Of a stretch of 64,000 nucleotides of DNA, positions 38,838 to 52,034 are shown one piece after another (positions within the stretch are counted from its first letter, which is position 1; each line of letters starts with the position of its first letter). The stretch comes from Vicugna vicugna. Taxonomy: Eukaryota. Made by a program: the position numbers and the translations under genes. The notes beneath the pieces were generated by a model, which ran no database searches, was not told the origin of the DNA, and worked only from the letters and a program-made list of their open reading frames with translations. The stretch lies in NCBI GenBank assembly GCA_013265495.1, contig MU058844.1:2955520-3019519 (forward strand), read 5' to 3'.

Positions 38838-41800
38838 CATGATATTTCACCATTCTCCATTTTCATGCCCCAGTCCCTTCATCAAAGACACTACAGACTT
38901 TTTGTTTTCCTTAAGGAATATAAAGTATAATAAATTTTGCAGAGTCAACAAAGCCAAGACTTTTTTTTTGCACCTACTTTGACTTGCCTTTTCCAAATTA
39001 CTTCTGCTTATCTATAAATGCCACTATAAAAGCTTTTTTTCCATCATAAACTACCTTTGAGTATTTTGCAAGACATTTTGTATATATTGCAACTTAATGA
39101 GATGCCATTGAATGAATTTAATTTCTATTCTTGGTATATGTGCATAAACAGAAGTGGTACCACTCAAATCATTTTCAAAGTTTCAAGCCTTGAAAAGAAT
39201 TGCATTCTGTCTCCCTGCAGAAAGTTAGGATCACTGTGCTGTCCAGTGCTGAAAAACAAGGAAAACGGGATAAAAATCCTGTACACTACAATATACCTGC
39301 TTCTTCCTATGTTTTTAGAATTTGCATCCCTTGAGAAACTGATTTTGATTACATTCCTTAAGGAAACTTTTCTAAAGTTTTAATCATTATTTAGCTTTCC
39401 TTAGCCTTGTCCTGTTCTTTATATAACATTTGGGATATATAATGTCAATATCTTATCAGCAAAGAATGTTATTAGTGCTTTTTAAATAAGATGGGTGAAT
39501 ATTCAGTATTTTTGTAGAGTTTTTTAACAACATGCTTGTATGTTTAATTTGTATTGTGTTTCTAGATAGACTATCCGAAAGAAAAATGTTAATGTCCATT
39601 TGAATTTTTAAATATTGGGATTAGAAACAGCAGTGAAAAGTTTACATTACTCTACTTTTTCCAGAGGATCTCAGATCCAAACCTTGATTTTGGTTTGTGA
39701 CTCTTTTAGTTGAACATTACCTGTTCCCAGGAAGAAAATGTCTCAAGGGGTGGAAAGAAAGGGAAGCATTTTGATGTTTTATTAATTTCTTCTCCCACAA
39801 GTGAGGTGACATTTGTTTCTAGTTTACTACCTGAAACAGATAGAAATTAAGAGAATTTGGGTTTGTGCACAATACTCAGGAGACATCCTAGAAATTAGTA
39901 TCATGTCATCATGATTTTTTAAAAATCTTCTTCACCCAGTATTTCTTATACTTTAGCTCATAAAAGTAAGCATTCTTGGCCTAAGACTTAGATTTAAGGC
40001 TACTGTAGTATGCTCCAATTGTTCCTAATTTTAATATATTTTGGTTGATTGTGGCTACTTTTCATACCTCTGATAAACCAAGACACAGGTCTAAAGTGTT
40101 ACTACCACATTATGAACAATGAGGTTTTTTTTTTTCTCTCTGTTAGAATTTCTTAGAGAGAAATATTTTTCCTTTTCTCTATTGTGTCTACAATTTTCTT
40201 CTTTCCTAAGCTACTCTTCAATGATAGAGCTACCCAGCATGTTATGTCTAGCTACTTTCCAAAACATGAAACATACTATCTTATAAAGAGATGTTCTATT
40301 TATTCAAAGTACTTATTTTAAATGTTCTTTTAGATGGTATTTTTCTCAGGAATCCTACAAATAAATTAAATAAGATGGAATAATGTTCCTATGGCAGAGA
40401 AGAAATTTTTCCATTGTTGCTAGAGTTAAAACTGTGTAAAATAACAACTGTTTACTGGGCATCCCACTGCCCTCCCAGCAAAGGTATGGAACAACTCTTG
40501 TTCCTGGTTCCTTGGTTTATTGGCTAGTAACACAGTCATAAATTCCCTTGGCGAGGAACTGATTTTCTACTTTTAAAATTTAGTCAAGAATCTATGGCTT
40601 AAAAGAAGGGGGTAAAGTTACTTCCTGGAGGCCTCCCTGGTTAAGCAGGTTCGGCAATATATTTTTTATGAAGTCAACTCACGTGTGAAGATAGTGAAGT
40701 ATCAGGGCAGGTAGAGAAAAGCTCTTTTTGCTCAGACTTGCTCCCCCTAGGCTTTGTGCATTATCTGCAGGACACATTCAGTCATCTGAATTCAATTAAT
40801 TCAGATCCCAAGGGTTGTACAGAGGTATACACAAAGCGGGAGATTTAAATGAAATTTGTCTAAAAAGTCAAATAGATTGAACTTCAATACAATTTTTATT
40901 TTAAAGAAAATTTCTTCTCACCCACACCCTAAATTAATGAAAGAATGACTGTGAGAGATTCAAAGAGATGATACCACAGCTGAAAAAACAAAAACAAAAA
41001 CAAAAGACTGGAGAGTTCCATTTAATTACGAACTTCACAGAGCAAGAAAGTAGAAGCTGGAGGACAAGAGAGCTAAAATTTCAGCTCCTTTCCATTGCTA
41101 GGTTCCAGTCCCCCACATACTCCTAGCACAGAGAGTCTGTGTAAAGGCTCATCTGTCTTATTCTTGTGAGTTGTTAGTGTGTAGCAGAGGTGCCCCTCTC
41201 TGCACAGCTCTCTCAAAATGCATGAAGGTGCTCCATTGGTTTCCCTGGACTACCGGTAACCAAGCACTTTCTTTAGCAGCCTTTCAGCTATGCAGCTGCC
41301 ACTAAGTGATCTCTCTGGGGTATTGCTGGAGTTTGTCTTCAGGGGGTGGCTGGATGATTCACGGGAAGCTTCTAGAAACAAGTCAGACAAGGTGTCTGCT
41401 GCTATGTTGGGACAGCCAAACCTGCTAATTGATCTCCAAGGTAGGGTAGTGGGGTGGGTTTCTAAGCAGTTTGCACTAGGGCGTTCATAAGAGGACCCTC
41501 AATGCTGTCCTATTCTTGCGTCAGTGGCTCCCTGACCAGTGAGGGTCAGTGGCCCAAGCACTTCTGAAACTACCAACAATTTCAGAATGAACCTAGTAAG
41601 GAGGTTCAAGTGTTAGAACTGTCCCAGTTCCCGATCTCTGCTCTTCTTTTCCTTCTCTCCCCAACTCTCCCACCTCCTCAAAAACAAAAAAAACAAAACA
41701 AACAAAAAAACCCAAAAAACTAAACCCCAATAAACTAAACAAACATTTCATTTCCCCTCAGCATCCACCTCCTTCTCTGTTTACTCTAACACAAAAGAAC

Positions 41801-42109
41801 TCATGCTATTTCTTTTCACCAGTATTGGAATTTAAGGGCCCTTCAGGAAGCACTCAGGCATTAGAAAACCAGACATATATATTCTTTGGAAGAGCAAAGA
41901 GGCATATCTGTCATTTCTTCCCAGCCTGTGGCCCTTTTCATCCCCCTCCTATGCTGTGGAAGATTCAGGGAGACTTCTTGCTACAGCAGTGAAAACAAAA
42001 TTCTAGTGAAATTCTCAGCAAGTCCTCTCCTAGTTCGTAGTCTTCAATAAGAAGCACTGAGAGGGAAAGACTCCTGCATCTGAATCCCTCGTTCCTTCAG
42101 AGGATGGAT

Positions 42110-42296
42110 GGCAGAAGAGATAGGGAGGAGAGGAGGAATGGGAGGAGGGGGAAAAGGCAGGCCAAAGAGAGAAGAGGCAGGGTGAAAGAGAAGATGAAAA
42201 GAGAGTAAAGGAGAAATGGAAATGAAAGGAAAAGACGGAAAGAGAAGGAGTTTCAAGGGAAGGGAAAGAGGAGAAAGGGAGAAAGAAAAGTAAAAA
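42110..42296. repeat. GA-rich low-complexity tract
   Basis: Direct read. Confidence 0.85.
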
Positions 42297-42921
42297 TTTA
42301 ATTATGTGATAGAATGCCTTAAAAGCAATTCTCCAAGTTTCTGGATGTCTTTATGACAAGCCTTGTCGTAAAACAGTAAAATGACACCCAAGTTCAAAGC
42401 AATAAAAGAATGCCTTTGGTGTGAAGCATATGACAAGCCCCATGCCCTGTGAGATGTAAATGGTTCCATTACACTTGGTGTCTCTGCTGACGTAGTAAGT
42501 GATTGCACACCCAGGGCTGTTCTAGGGTTGGTGGTGGTGTGGAAACCCTGCCAGTGACCTTTGGAACTCAGAGCCTCTCTATCCTAAGTATCCATTAAAC
42601 AGTCGGCTCTCTCACAAGCAGTCTATGTGTACCTGTTGTCGTCACTGGGCCCACATAGTATTGCTTCTGTTTTGCAATTGGGTTTGTAAAGTCTTTGGTG
42701 ACGACATGGAATCCTACCAGATAAGAGCAAAGCAGACTCATTGAACTGACAGTTTGAATGAGGCAGCAAATCAAGCTTCCTTCATTAAAATCTTGCTTAT
42801 AGAAAATTACACCATCATTTTCAGGGTGATGACCATGAATGTTAATTTCCCTAGTAGGGCTGACTAGGAATTCTCTAGTTCCCTGATGGGAAATCTGTAT
42901 TGTTGCAAACCAGCAGAAACC

Positions 42922-43034
42922 TGTGTGACCAGCCATTTCAGTCTGCCCAAGACTGAGACATTTCCTGGAATGTGGGAACTTCAGTATTAGAGGCGGGAAA
43001 TACTAGGCAAACCAAGAGGACCTGGTTGCCCTTA
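42922..43034. mobile_element. MER81-like hAT-Blackjack MITE
   Basis: GTGACCA..GTCTGCCCAAGACTGAG..TTTCCTGGAATGTGGGA..TTCAGT..GGGAAA..GGCAAACCA..TGGTTGCCCT. Confidence 0.6.
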
Positions 43035-43415
43035 GGTGACCACCAGTCATCACTCCTCTGCTTACCTTCCTTAGACTTGCAGCTTGAAGACTGCCTCACA
43101 ATTTTCTAGATTTGAGCTTCTACTTTGTTTTATATACATATGTACCTGTTTATGAAAACTGCTCCTTCAAAAGACCCAAGGGCTGAGACTGTGTCTCATC
43201 CATTTGCAAGTTCCTGAAGCCTGGAACATTGTATGGCACTGACAAGAACTGAGTCAGCTGAGCAACTGCGCTGAATCTCTGCTGAATGTGTACTGAATGG
43301 GAACTGTGATAACTTCAGGCAAGAACTGTATTTTTACACAGTGGATGTACCCCCAGGCTCCCTAAATGGACCTTAACTTGGACAGGAATAGAAACCTTCC
43401 TACATTAAACTATGT

Positions 43416-43465
43416 GGTTTTTGTGTTTTTGTTTTGTCTTGTTTTGTTCTGTTTTGTTTTGTTTT
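43416..43465. repeat. (GTTTT)n simple repeat
   Basis: Direct read. Confidence 0.9.
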
Positions 43466-43489
43466 AACAAACTCAAACAGGGGCTAAGA

Positions 43490-43700
43490 TTGCACGTCAA
43501 GAGTCAGACTAACCTGAGTTCAAACCCAGGCTCCACAATTTACTAACTCTGTGCTTAAGCAAGTCATCTCATTTCTCTTGTGCATCTCTTTTCTCATCTG
43601 TATCTTTCATAGGTGGGAGGACCAAATGAGACCCATGTATGTAGCAGTATGTAGCATGCCTAGATCTTCGCGGTATGGTTAGGAACCCAACACATGGTAG
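43490..43700 (+). mobile_element. MIR SINE
   Basis: GAGTCAGACTAACCTGAGTTCAAACCCAGGCTCCAC..TTACTAACT..GCAAGTCA. Confidence 0.8.
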
Positions 43701-44629
43701 TTCACATTACTTGGAGTTTTCTTTCTAAGCACCAAGGGAACAAAGATGAGGACAATTAGAAAACAATATGTATAATAATATCTTCCAAGTTCCTTTTAAG
43801 TCCCAAGACGCTACCACTGTAGATTTTTATTTTTTTAACACCAAAAGTGCATCCTTATTATGATATTCTGCCTATGCCTATAATGAATGCAACATTATAA
43901 AGCAACAATCACCAGAATCTCTACTATGTACGTGGCGGGGGGGGGGGGCGGGGTAACTTCACCTCTCCAACACCCTCATTTTATTACTTAAACTTCCCAT
44001 TACGTGAACCATTTACTCAATTTCGACTGAACTTTTCACAACCAGAAAGTCACTGGACTTGGTCCAACTCCTATAAAATTTTACTGCTCTCTTAGTTATT
44101 GCATAATGATTCCTAAGAGTTAACGTTTTACTTTTCTTCTAAAATAAGGGATTTGCTTAAAGGAAGAAATCTCATTATAAGTACCAATGATCCTAAATCT
44201 ACTGCTTTATTGCTCCACTAAGAACTGATAAATTATCTGAACAAAGTTTAAAGTTGTAAGTAAAGCACAGGTTATTGGTATAATATTACATTTTCTCCTT
44301 CCCCTTCCCTACCTCCTCTTCCTTCTTATATCTAATTATGTATTTAACATTTACATACCCAAAGAATATACCATTTTCTGGAAATGCAAGCTTGGAAGCA
44401 ATGAAAAATAATTATTTATAGATAAGTGCTCAAAATATTTTATATTATCCCTTCCAAAATTCTCTGTTCAAATCTCAGTATAAAATGCTGCCACAAAGGG
44501 CATTCCTGATGTCATGTCATATATGTATTCCTGAAAAACAACACTTTCTGCAAAAGCATAAACTAAAAAATAATACAGCATATGTAAAATAAACAGTTAA
44601 GGGAAAACCACTAAATACTCAAGTGACTT

Positions 44630-45080
44630 TGAGAACTCTGAGAAGATGGTGGTAGTGGCATAGTTTTTGAATCTCTTCCTTAAAATTAGACATAACAACT
44701 AAGATACCAAAACATCTACAACAAAACTAAGTGACAAAGTATCCCCTGAATTCTGAAATCCAAGCAGCAGAAGAAAAAAAAACACCAAATATACTTGTAA
44801 TCCTATGATAAAATGAAGGCTCTAAGAGAGGAAATGTAGTATGGAATTGAGATTTGCTCTGTTAATATAGACACAACATGACTATCAAAAAATGAGAAGG
44901 GAAATGGGGAAGTCATCTGAAAAGCAGAATGAGTTTGCTGATTAGCTTATTAGTAATTGGGAGCAAAAAAATACTAAATCAAATCTAATGTTGTTGGAGG
45001 ATGCAAAATACTACAATATTGATATGTGTCACAATAGGGACTAGATAGATAATCAAACTGGGGAAGAGGGAGGAGAGAAA
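44630..45080 (+). mobile_element. Possible ancient L1M/HAL1 fragment(s)
   Basis: GAGAACTCTGAGAAGATGGTGG..TTTTTGAATCTC resembles old L1M/HAL1 5' ends; A-rich body. Confidence 0.35.
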
Positions 45081-45086
45081 CGGCTA

Positions 45087-48075
45087 TTTTTTTTCAGCTT
45101 CATTGAGATATAATTGACAAAACTGTAAGAGATTTAAAATGTACAACGTTGTGATTTGATATGCATATACATTGAGAAAGGATTCCCACCATCGAATTAA
45201 TTAACGTATTCAATACTTCACATACTTACCTTTTTTTTGGATGGGGGAAGGAAATGGAACATTTAAGTTCTACTCTGTCAAGTTTCATATTTCAGTTATA
45301 CAATACAGTGTCTTCAACTATAGTCAACTATGTTAAACATTAGACCCTTGGACTTCATTCATCTTATAACTGAAAATTTGTGCATTTTACCAACCTCTCT
45401 CTATTTCCTCCAACCCCCAGCCATTAGCAACCATGCATCTACTCTGTTTCTATGAGTTTAACTTTTCTTTTTTTTTAATTCCACATATAAGTGGTACCAT
45501 ACAGTATTTGTCTTTCTCTGTCTGGATTATTTCACTTAGCATGATGTGCTCCAGTTTCATCCATGTTGTCCCAAATGGCAGGATTTCTATCTTTCTAAAG
45601 GTTGAATAATGTTGCATTGTATGTGGACAGATAATTATATTTTCTTTATCCATCCATCAACAAACATTTAGGTTTTTCCATACCTTGGCTATTGTGAGTA
45701 GTGTTAAAACAAACATGGGGGTACAGATACCTCTTTGAGACAGTGATTTCATTTCCTTTGGATATATACCCAGAAGTCAGATTGCTGAATCAAATGCTAT
45801 TTTTCTATTTTTCTATTTTTCATTTCTTGAGGAACCTCCATACTATTTTCCGTGGTAGCTGTACCAGATTACATTCCCACCAACAGTATACCAGGATTCC
45901 TGTCCTCCACATCCTCATCAGCATTTATTATCTCTTTTTTTAATAATAGCCATCCTAACAGGTGAGAGACGATATCTCATTGTGATTTTGATTTGCATTT
46001 AGCTGATGGTTGGTGATGTTGAATATCTTTTCATGTAACTACTGGCCATTGTGTGTCTTCTTTGGAAACATGTCTGTTTAAGTCATTTGCCCATTTTTTA
46101 ATTGGATTGAGTTTTTTTGTTTGTTTGTTTGTTTTGGGGGTTTTTTTGTTGTTTTCAGTTTTGTTTTGTTTTTGTTTTACTATTGAGTTACATGAGTTTC
46201 TTATATTTTTTAGATATTAACCCCCTATTGGCTCTGTGGCTTGCAAAAATTTTCTCTCATTTCATAGGTAACCTTTTTATTTTGTTGATAGTTTCCCTTG
46301 TTGTGCAGAAATTTTTTAGTTTGATGTATTCCCATTTGTTTATTTTTGCTTTTATTGCCTTTGCTTTTAGTGTCAAATCAAAAAAAATCAGTGTCAAAAC
46401 CAATAACAAGGAGCTTATCCTTTACATTTTCTTGTAGTTTTATGTTCTACTGTTTAATCCATTTTGAGTTGATTTTTGTGTATGATGTAAGATAGGAATC
46501 CAGCTTTATTCTTCAGCATAAGGCTTTTTAGTTTTCCCAATACCATTTATTGAAGAAACTGTCTTTTCCTCATTGTATATTCTTGGCTCCTTTGACAAAA
46601 ATTAATGGGCCATATATGTGTGAGTTTATTTTGGGGGTCTCTATTTGTTCCATTATCTACAGGTCTGTTTTTATGCCAATACCATACTGTTTTGATTACT
46701 ATAACTGGGTAATACAGTTTAACACTTGAAACTGTGATGCCTCCAGCTTTGTTCTTCTTTCTCAAGATTGCTTTGGCTAGCCAAGGTCTTTTGTGGTTCC
46801 ACTGAAATTTTAGGATTTTGCTTTCTAATTCTGTGAAAAAAAAATGTCATTGGAATTTTCATAAAAATTGCATTGAATCTGTAGATCACTTTGTATAGTA
46901 TGAACATTTTAACAAAATTTATTATCTTTATCCATAAACACAGTTTCTTTTTCCATTTATTTGCTGCTTCTTCAGTGTCTTTCATCAATGTCTTATAGTT
47001 TTCAGTGTATACATCTGTCACCACCTTGGTTAAATTTGTTTCTAATTATTTTATTCTTTTTGATGCTTTGTAAATAGGATTGTTTTCTTAATTTCTCTTT
47101 CTGGTATTTATTGTTAGTATTCAGTTAATTTTTGGATCCTGCAACCTTACTGAATTTGTTGATTAGCTCTAATAGTTTTTTTAGTGGGGCTTTGAGGGCT
47201 TGCTGTATATAATATCATGCTGTACACAAATAAAGACAGTTTTATTTCTTCCTTTCTGATTTGAATGTCTTTTATCTCTTTCTTGACTAATTGCTCTGGC
47301 TGGATCTGTATAAAAGTGGTGAGAGTGGCCATCCTTATCTTGTTACTGATCTTAAAGGAAAGGTTTTTAGCTTTTCATTATTGAGTATGATGTTAGCTAT
47401 GGGCTTCTCATAGACTTAGTTTGTCTCTTCTTTTTTCTAGTTTCTTGAGATGTAAACTTAAGTTGTTTATTTGTTATCTTTCTTTTTTTCTTGATGTATG
47501 CAGTTATCACTATAAACTTTCCTCTTAGAACTGCTTTTCTATATCTTATATATTTTATTATGGTGCATTTCCATTTTTATTTTCATTTTTTAAATTTCTC
47601 TTTTGATTTCTTCTTTGACTCATTGATCGTTCAGGAGCATGTAGTTTAATATCCACATATTTGTGAATTTTCCAGTTTTCTTCTTATAATTGATTTCTAG
47701 CTTTATCTCATTGTGGTCAGAAAAAAATGCTTAATATAATTTCAATCTTCTTAAATTTATTCAGATTTGTTTGTGTTCTAACATATGATCTACCTTGCAG
47801 AACGTTCTATGTGCACATGATAAGCATGGGTATTCTGATACTGTTGGATAGAATTTCTGTATGTCTGTTAGGTCCATATGCTGTACCATGGTGAGAGTGT
47901 GTCTCAGCCTTTCCTATTCATTTCAGTGTGGATACTTTATCAGTCACCTGATGTGTAGCACTCACTCAGCTAGTTTCCATATTTCTTTCAAGGTAATTGC
48001 TTCATGTAGCCGTACATTTGGCACATCCATGGGAGGAGGGATGTTGAAGAGCTTTCTACATTGCCATCTTGTTTG
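45087..48075 (-). mobile_element. L1 LINE (L1MA9/L1M3-like), decayed: 3' end, ORF2 remnants and apparent 5' UTR end, with internal deletions
   Basis: Poly-T and 3' UTR at 45087; ORF2 peptides TTWMKLEHIMLSEI (45450-45653), [12 protein letters not shown] (46547-46765), [23 protein letters not shown] (46719-47024) and KEEIKLSLFVYSMILY (LFADDM motif destroyed; 47147-47332); 5' end-like ..TGCCATCTTG at ~48070. Confidence 0.95.
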
Positions 48076-48629
48076 AGAAATCCTTTCCTAAGGTCCTCAA
48101 AACATGTGTCCATCTTTATAAAGTATTTATGGGAATAATCTCTTTCCAAAGGATATAGTTTCTAAATATTGATTCTATTTACAAATTTTATTTATAATAC
48201 ATACAGTCATATTCTTGAAGGGGCATAAATCTCTGTGTTTCTCTAACTGGAGTTTATTGACCAGAAAAACAAAATATTTGGGTTATCCTAGAATTGATTT
48301 TTATAACATTCGGTCTCAGTAAAACACTAGCAGGATTGCATTGTTTCAAGGCACTTCATCATCATCATAATTACTATTCACTGAGCACCAACTATATGTT
48401 AGGTCAACATATGGTGTTCCTAGGGAAATATATTTTTGCATGGTGTTTCTACCTGCACTTCTTTTGATGAGAAAAAAAGTATAGCAGTCTATAAAGGAGC
48501 TTAAAAGCGTAATATTACCTTCAATACATCCCAGCTTAACTATGAAAGTAAATTGTTTCCAAACTTCAGTACCATAATGCTTACAAGTTACTTGAAACCT
48601 AGTGCATCTATCTCAGTATATTGTACTTA

Positions 48630-48790
48630 CTAATTACCTATTTATCATTTGCCTCCATGATTCTGTAACTAAGTTAGGGCAGGGACCATGTCTATCTAAT
48701 CCACCCTAGTAGACTGAACACCCAGCACATAGTAGGGACTCAGTTCATATTTGTCAAATGAATTAGTAAACAAGTGAATGAGTAAATGAG
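48630..48790 (+). mobile_element. L2 3' end
   Basis: AGGGCAGGGACCATGTCT..GCACATAGTAGGGACTCAG..ATATTTGTCAAATGAAT. Confidence 0.8.
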
Positions 48791-48809
48791 GGACTATAAC
48801 TCACAAATG

Positions 48810-49045
48810 ATCACATTGTGCCATGACATAGTATCAAATCATTCTGCTAAAAATAGTTCAGATATTGTCTCATTTAATCCTCACAAAACTCCTAAAAGGA
48901 AGCTATTATTACTGATATTTTACAGATAAGGAAACTGGGGCTCAGAGAGCCTAAGGAACAGACCCAAGATTACATCGTGAGGAAATGGTAGGGTTAGGAG
49001 TCCAACCATGGCCTGACAGAGTCCAGAACTCTTACTAGGCTTTCT
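48810..49045 (-). mobile_element. MIR SINE
   Basis: TCTCATTTAATCCTCACAA..ATTTTACAGATAAGGAAACTGGGGCTCAGAGAG. Confidence 0.88.
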
Positions 49046-50096
49046 ACTATCCCAGCCCCCTGACTCTCTGCATTACACTGTCTGCCTGAGAGTGAAGAAA
49101 AATAGAAGCTGATGGAAAGATCTTGCCTTTGCAGATTGGAAAAGGTGACCTCAGAGTCACATACCAGAGCAAGGGCACTGCCCCACTCAAGCAGAGCAGC
49201 TGACTCTCAGCCATCACTAGTCTAATTTTAAGGGAAAAGTTGAAATGTTGCTCACATTCACACACATTTGCCTTTGTGTGGTTTTGGGCTGTGTCCTTTA
49301 TTTTGTTCTAAACAGATCTTGTTCTCTCTTTTTTAGTCACATTTCTGAAATAACAGAATGTTGTGTTCTGTATTAAGTCTCATCACAGCTGCACATTAAA
49401 GAGTGCATCTCAAAGTTTCTTATTTAAAAAGATACAGAAATACAAGTTTTGAGTGAATCTAAATTTTTTTCATTATATCCTCAGGTTGGGAGAAACAACT
49501 TATTCATCTTTCTTTTCCTAAGGCTCTTAAACATGGTAACTCTCTTCCTTCTTGCCTTCATGGCTTTTCTGTAGTTTCAAATTGTACATGAAGCCAGCCC
49601 CAGGACTGCCTGTTCTCATAGGGTACACACAGTTAGGTTCAGTTTTTTCTTTTAGGGGCAAGGAAAAAAAAGAATGGGTATTTTCCATGCATTTAGCAGA
49701 AGAAGCTTTTATTTTGGAGGCATAAAAAAAGAGAATGGAATGGGGATAGTCCCTTATCAGTGAATTTTTAAAGCCACTTGCTTTTTATTATTAATGCTTT
49801 CCAGATATTTTTGCCCAAGAAATATCTTTTAAATTATGAAGGCAGATATGATGTCATAATGATACTGAGAGTTTATTATTCTCAGCAGCCAGTAAATTTG
49901 TTGATGTCTACATACAAAATAAGCAAACAGATGCCCTGTAGGATGCAAAAATATTTCTCTATTCAAAGATTAGAAATTAGTTAAAAATCAAATACCCATT
50001 TGCTCTCAAGTAAGTGAGTTTCACCAAAAGTTTAAATTGGAGAATGTCTATTCATAGATAGAGGTCAAAGCCACCAAATACTATTTTGAATCAGGT

Positions 50097-50975
50097 TAGA
50101 GGTAGATTTTCAAACGTTTATTTACAATCCAAGTAGATATTTGTTTATGATTGGGAAATAAGGGAAGAGTTTCTGTATAGAACAAACATAGATACTATTC
50201 CTGTTCTTATTTCTTAATAAATCAAAGAGCCTCAAAGTTATATACTGGCTATGAAATATATTTTTCAGATCAGTTCTAAAGCAATTAGACAGTTAAATGT
50301 GCATACAGAAATACCAGTATGTTACCAAAAATGTTCTCATCGTCTTCTCAACAAACTGTCATCATCACCTGGTAATAATATTATTTACTAATTATTAAAC
50401 TTGTACAGTTATCAAAGGACTCCTTTTGTAATTTGTTTGCTCTATCATTATGCCTCTTTCTTTTAGAAACTTCTTTAAAACTCTAGCCTTCCAAGAAGCA
50501 TTTTATCAGAGAATATGAAAATCACTCCCATGCATAAAATAATTATTTTTTTAATATAGCAAAAAATTAAGTATCTTTCTTTGTTCCATCAGCTTCTTTA
50601 GACTAGAACTGTATTTTTCTCTGTTTTGCACAGTACATTGCCAGGCACACGGGGGAGTTGAAGAGATAGTAGTTGATGATAATTGTGATGCATCCTGTGC
50701 TTGTTCACAAGGGACATTTGCTAAAGATTAAAAATAAATTCACAACTAATTGACTGCCAGCCATAAGCTATACTGCTGGGACTTCCAAACTATCAACTGG
50801 AAAAAAATAATGGAGCAGATCTTGCCAAGGACCAACCCAAAGATTAAAAACAACTTTCCTACTTAACTTGCCAACAACAAAACTAGTCAGATCAATGGTG
50901 ACTTCAGTATTTCTGTAATTTTTCAAAGGTAGAGGTAAATTTTCAAAAGTTTATTTACAATCCAGGTATATATTT
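50097..50975 (+). repeat. Dispersed direct repeat: 46 bp at 50097-50142 and 50930-50975
   Basis: TAGAGGTAGATTTTCAAACGTTTATTTACAATCCAAGTAGATATTT vs TAGAGGTAAATTTTCAAAAGTTTATTTACAATCCAGGTATATATTT, 42/46 identical by eye. Confidence 0.9.
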
Positions 50976-51044
50976 TTCAAAGTTTGAGAAGTTAACCTTT
51001 AGTTCAAGTTTTGTAGTTTGTCCCCTTAAGTTGCCCCTTTTAAA

Positions 51045-51165
51045 CCATCAGTGAATAAATATTTATTGAGCACTAACTGTGTGCCTTGTGTTTGTAGACT
51101 CTGGGAATGCAACCATAAATAAGACACCCATAATTCTCTCCTTTCTGGTGTTTACCCTAGCAAGG
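51045..51165 (-). mobile_element. L2 3' end
   Basis: ATAAATATTTATTGAGCACTAACTGTGTGCC..TGGGAATGCAACCATAAATAAGACA. Confidence 0.8.
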
Positions 51166-51672
51166 AAGGAAAATAGTAAGAGACTTTAAATAGTGACAGA
51201 GAAAGATGAGGAAGAGAATAATAATATATTCCAGTGTCAGAGACACCTCTGTCTCTTATTTTCTGTCTGTCTCACCTACCTCAAGTTGAGGCAGAAATCT
51301 TTACACTTCTATGACTGGTACATGAGAGATGATCCAGGAAACCTTAGTGATTAGCCTTCCCAATGAAACATGATCCACGTAGGATATGAACAATCAGCTT
51401 ACTAATGAGTTGTGTGGATGAGCAATAGAAAAGTACTGAGAAGATAAGACTTTGGTTATTTTAGGGGCTTAACTTCTACCTCAGAACAGGAAATGACCTT
51501 GCCAGAATACCCCACCCAACCCACCAGCTGAGATTTTTTTCTCTCTTCTCTTTATTATCCATCTTTTCTTTTTTTTTTTTTTTAATCCTGGACATTCTCT
51601 TCTCCTTCCTTTGACCTTTTGTCTGCCATCTTCTTCCCTGCTTTCACAAAGCCTGAGGCCAGGGAATATGAT

Positions 51673-52034
51673 TGTGTGACAGGAGTTATTAATGTTCACC
51701 AATATCAAATTCTCCTATTTTTGGTTAGATATTTCCACATTCCCCTGAAGTTAGGTGTGGCCATGTGATAGTTCCGGCAAAAGGAATGTGAATGACATGC
51801 TGGATTAGACTTTTTATGGCTTGTGTTTGACTCACCAGCTCTTTCTTACCTCCTCTGTGGTAAACCCTAAAGCTTGCTGATTAAATGCCAGCGTCATAGA
51901 TGGTGGAGTTTCCTTTAACTTTAGCCCCTATGTGACAGTGAAAAGCAAAGCTCTCCCCAACACGGTAAATGAGAAATTACCTGAAATTTGGGGGTTGCTA
52001 CAACAGCATAACTTAGACCATTCTGACAGATATA
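51673..52034 (+). mobile_element. MaLR solo LTR (MLT1J/I-like)
   Basis: CCCCTGAAGTTAGGTGTGGCCATGTGA..GGAATGTGA; CTGAAATTTGGGGGTTG..ACAGCATAAC..TTCTGAC..ATA. Confidence 0.75.

Noticed and set aside
38529..38982. Overlapping S/L/P/F-rich and E/G/R-rich ORFs
   Set aside because: These are translations of a GGAA/TTCC simple repeat
45450..47332. ORFs with reverse-transcriptase-like peptides as functional CDS
   Set aside because: They are fragmented by frameshifts and stops, and the catalytic FADD motif is mutated; this is decayed L1 ORF2
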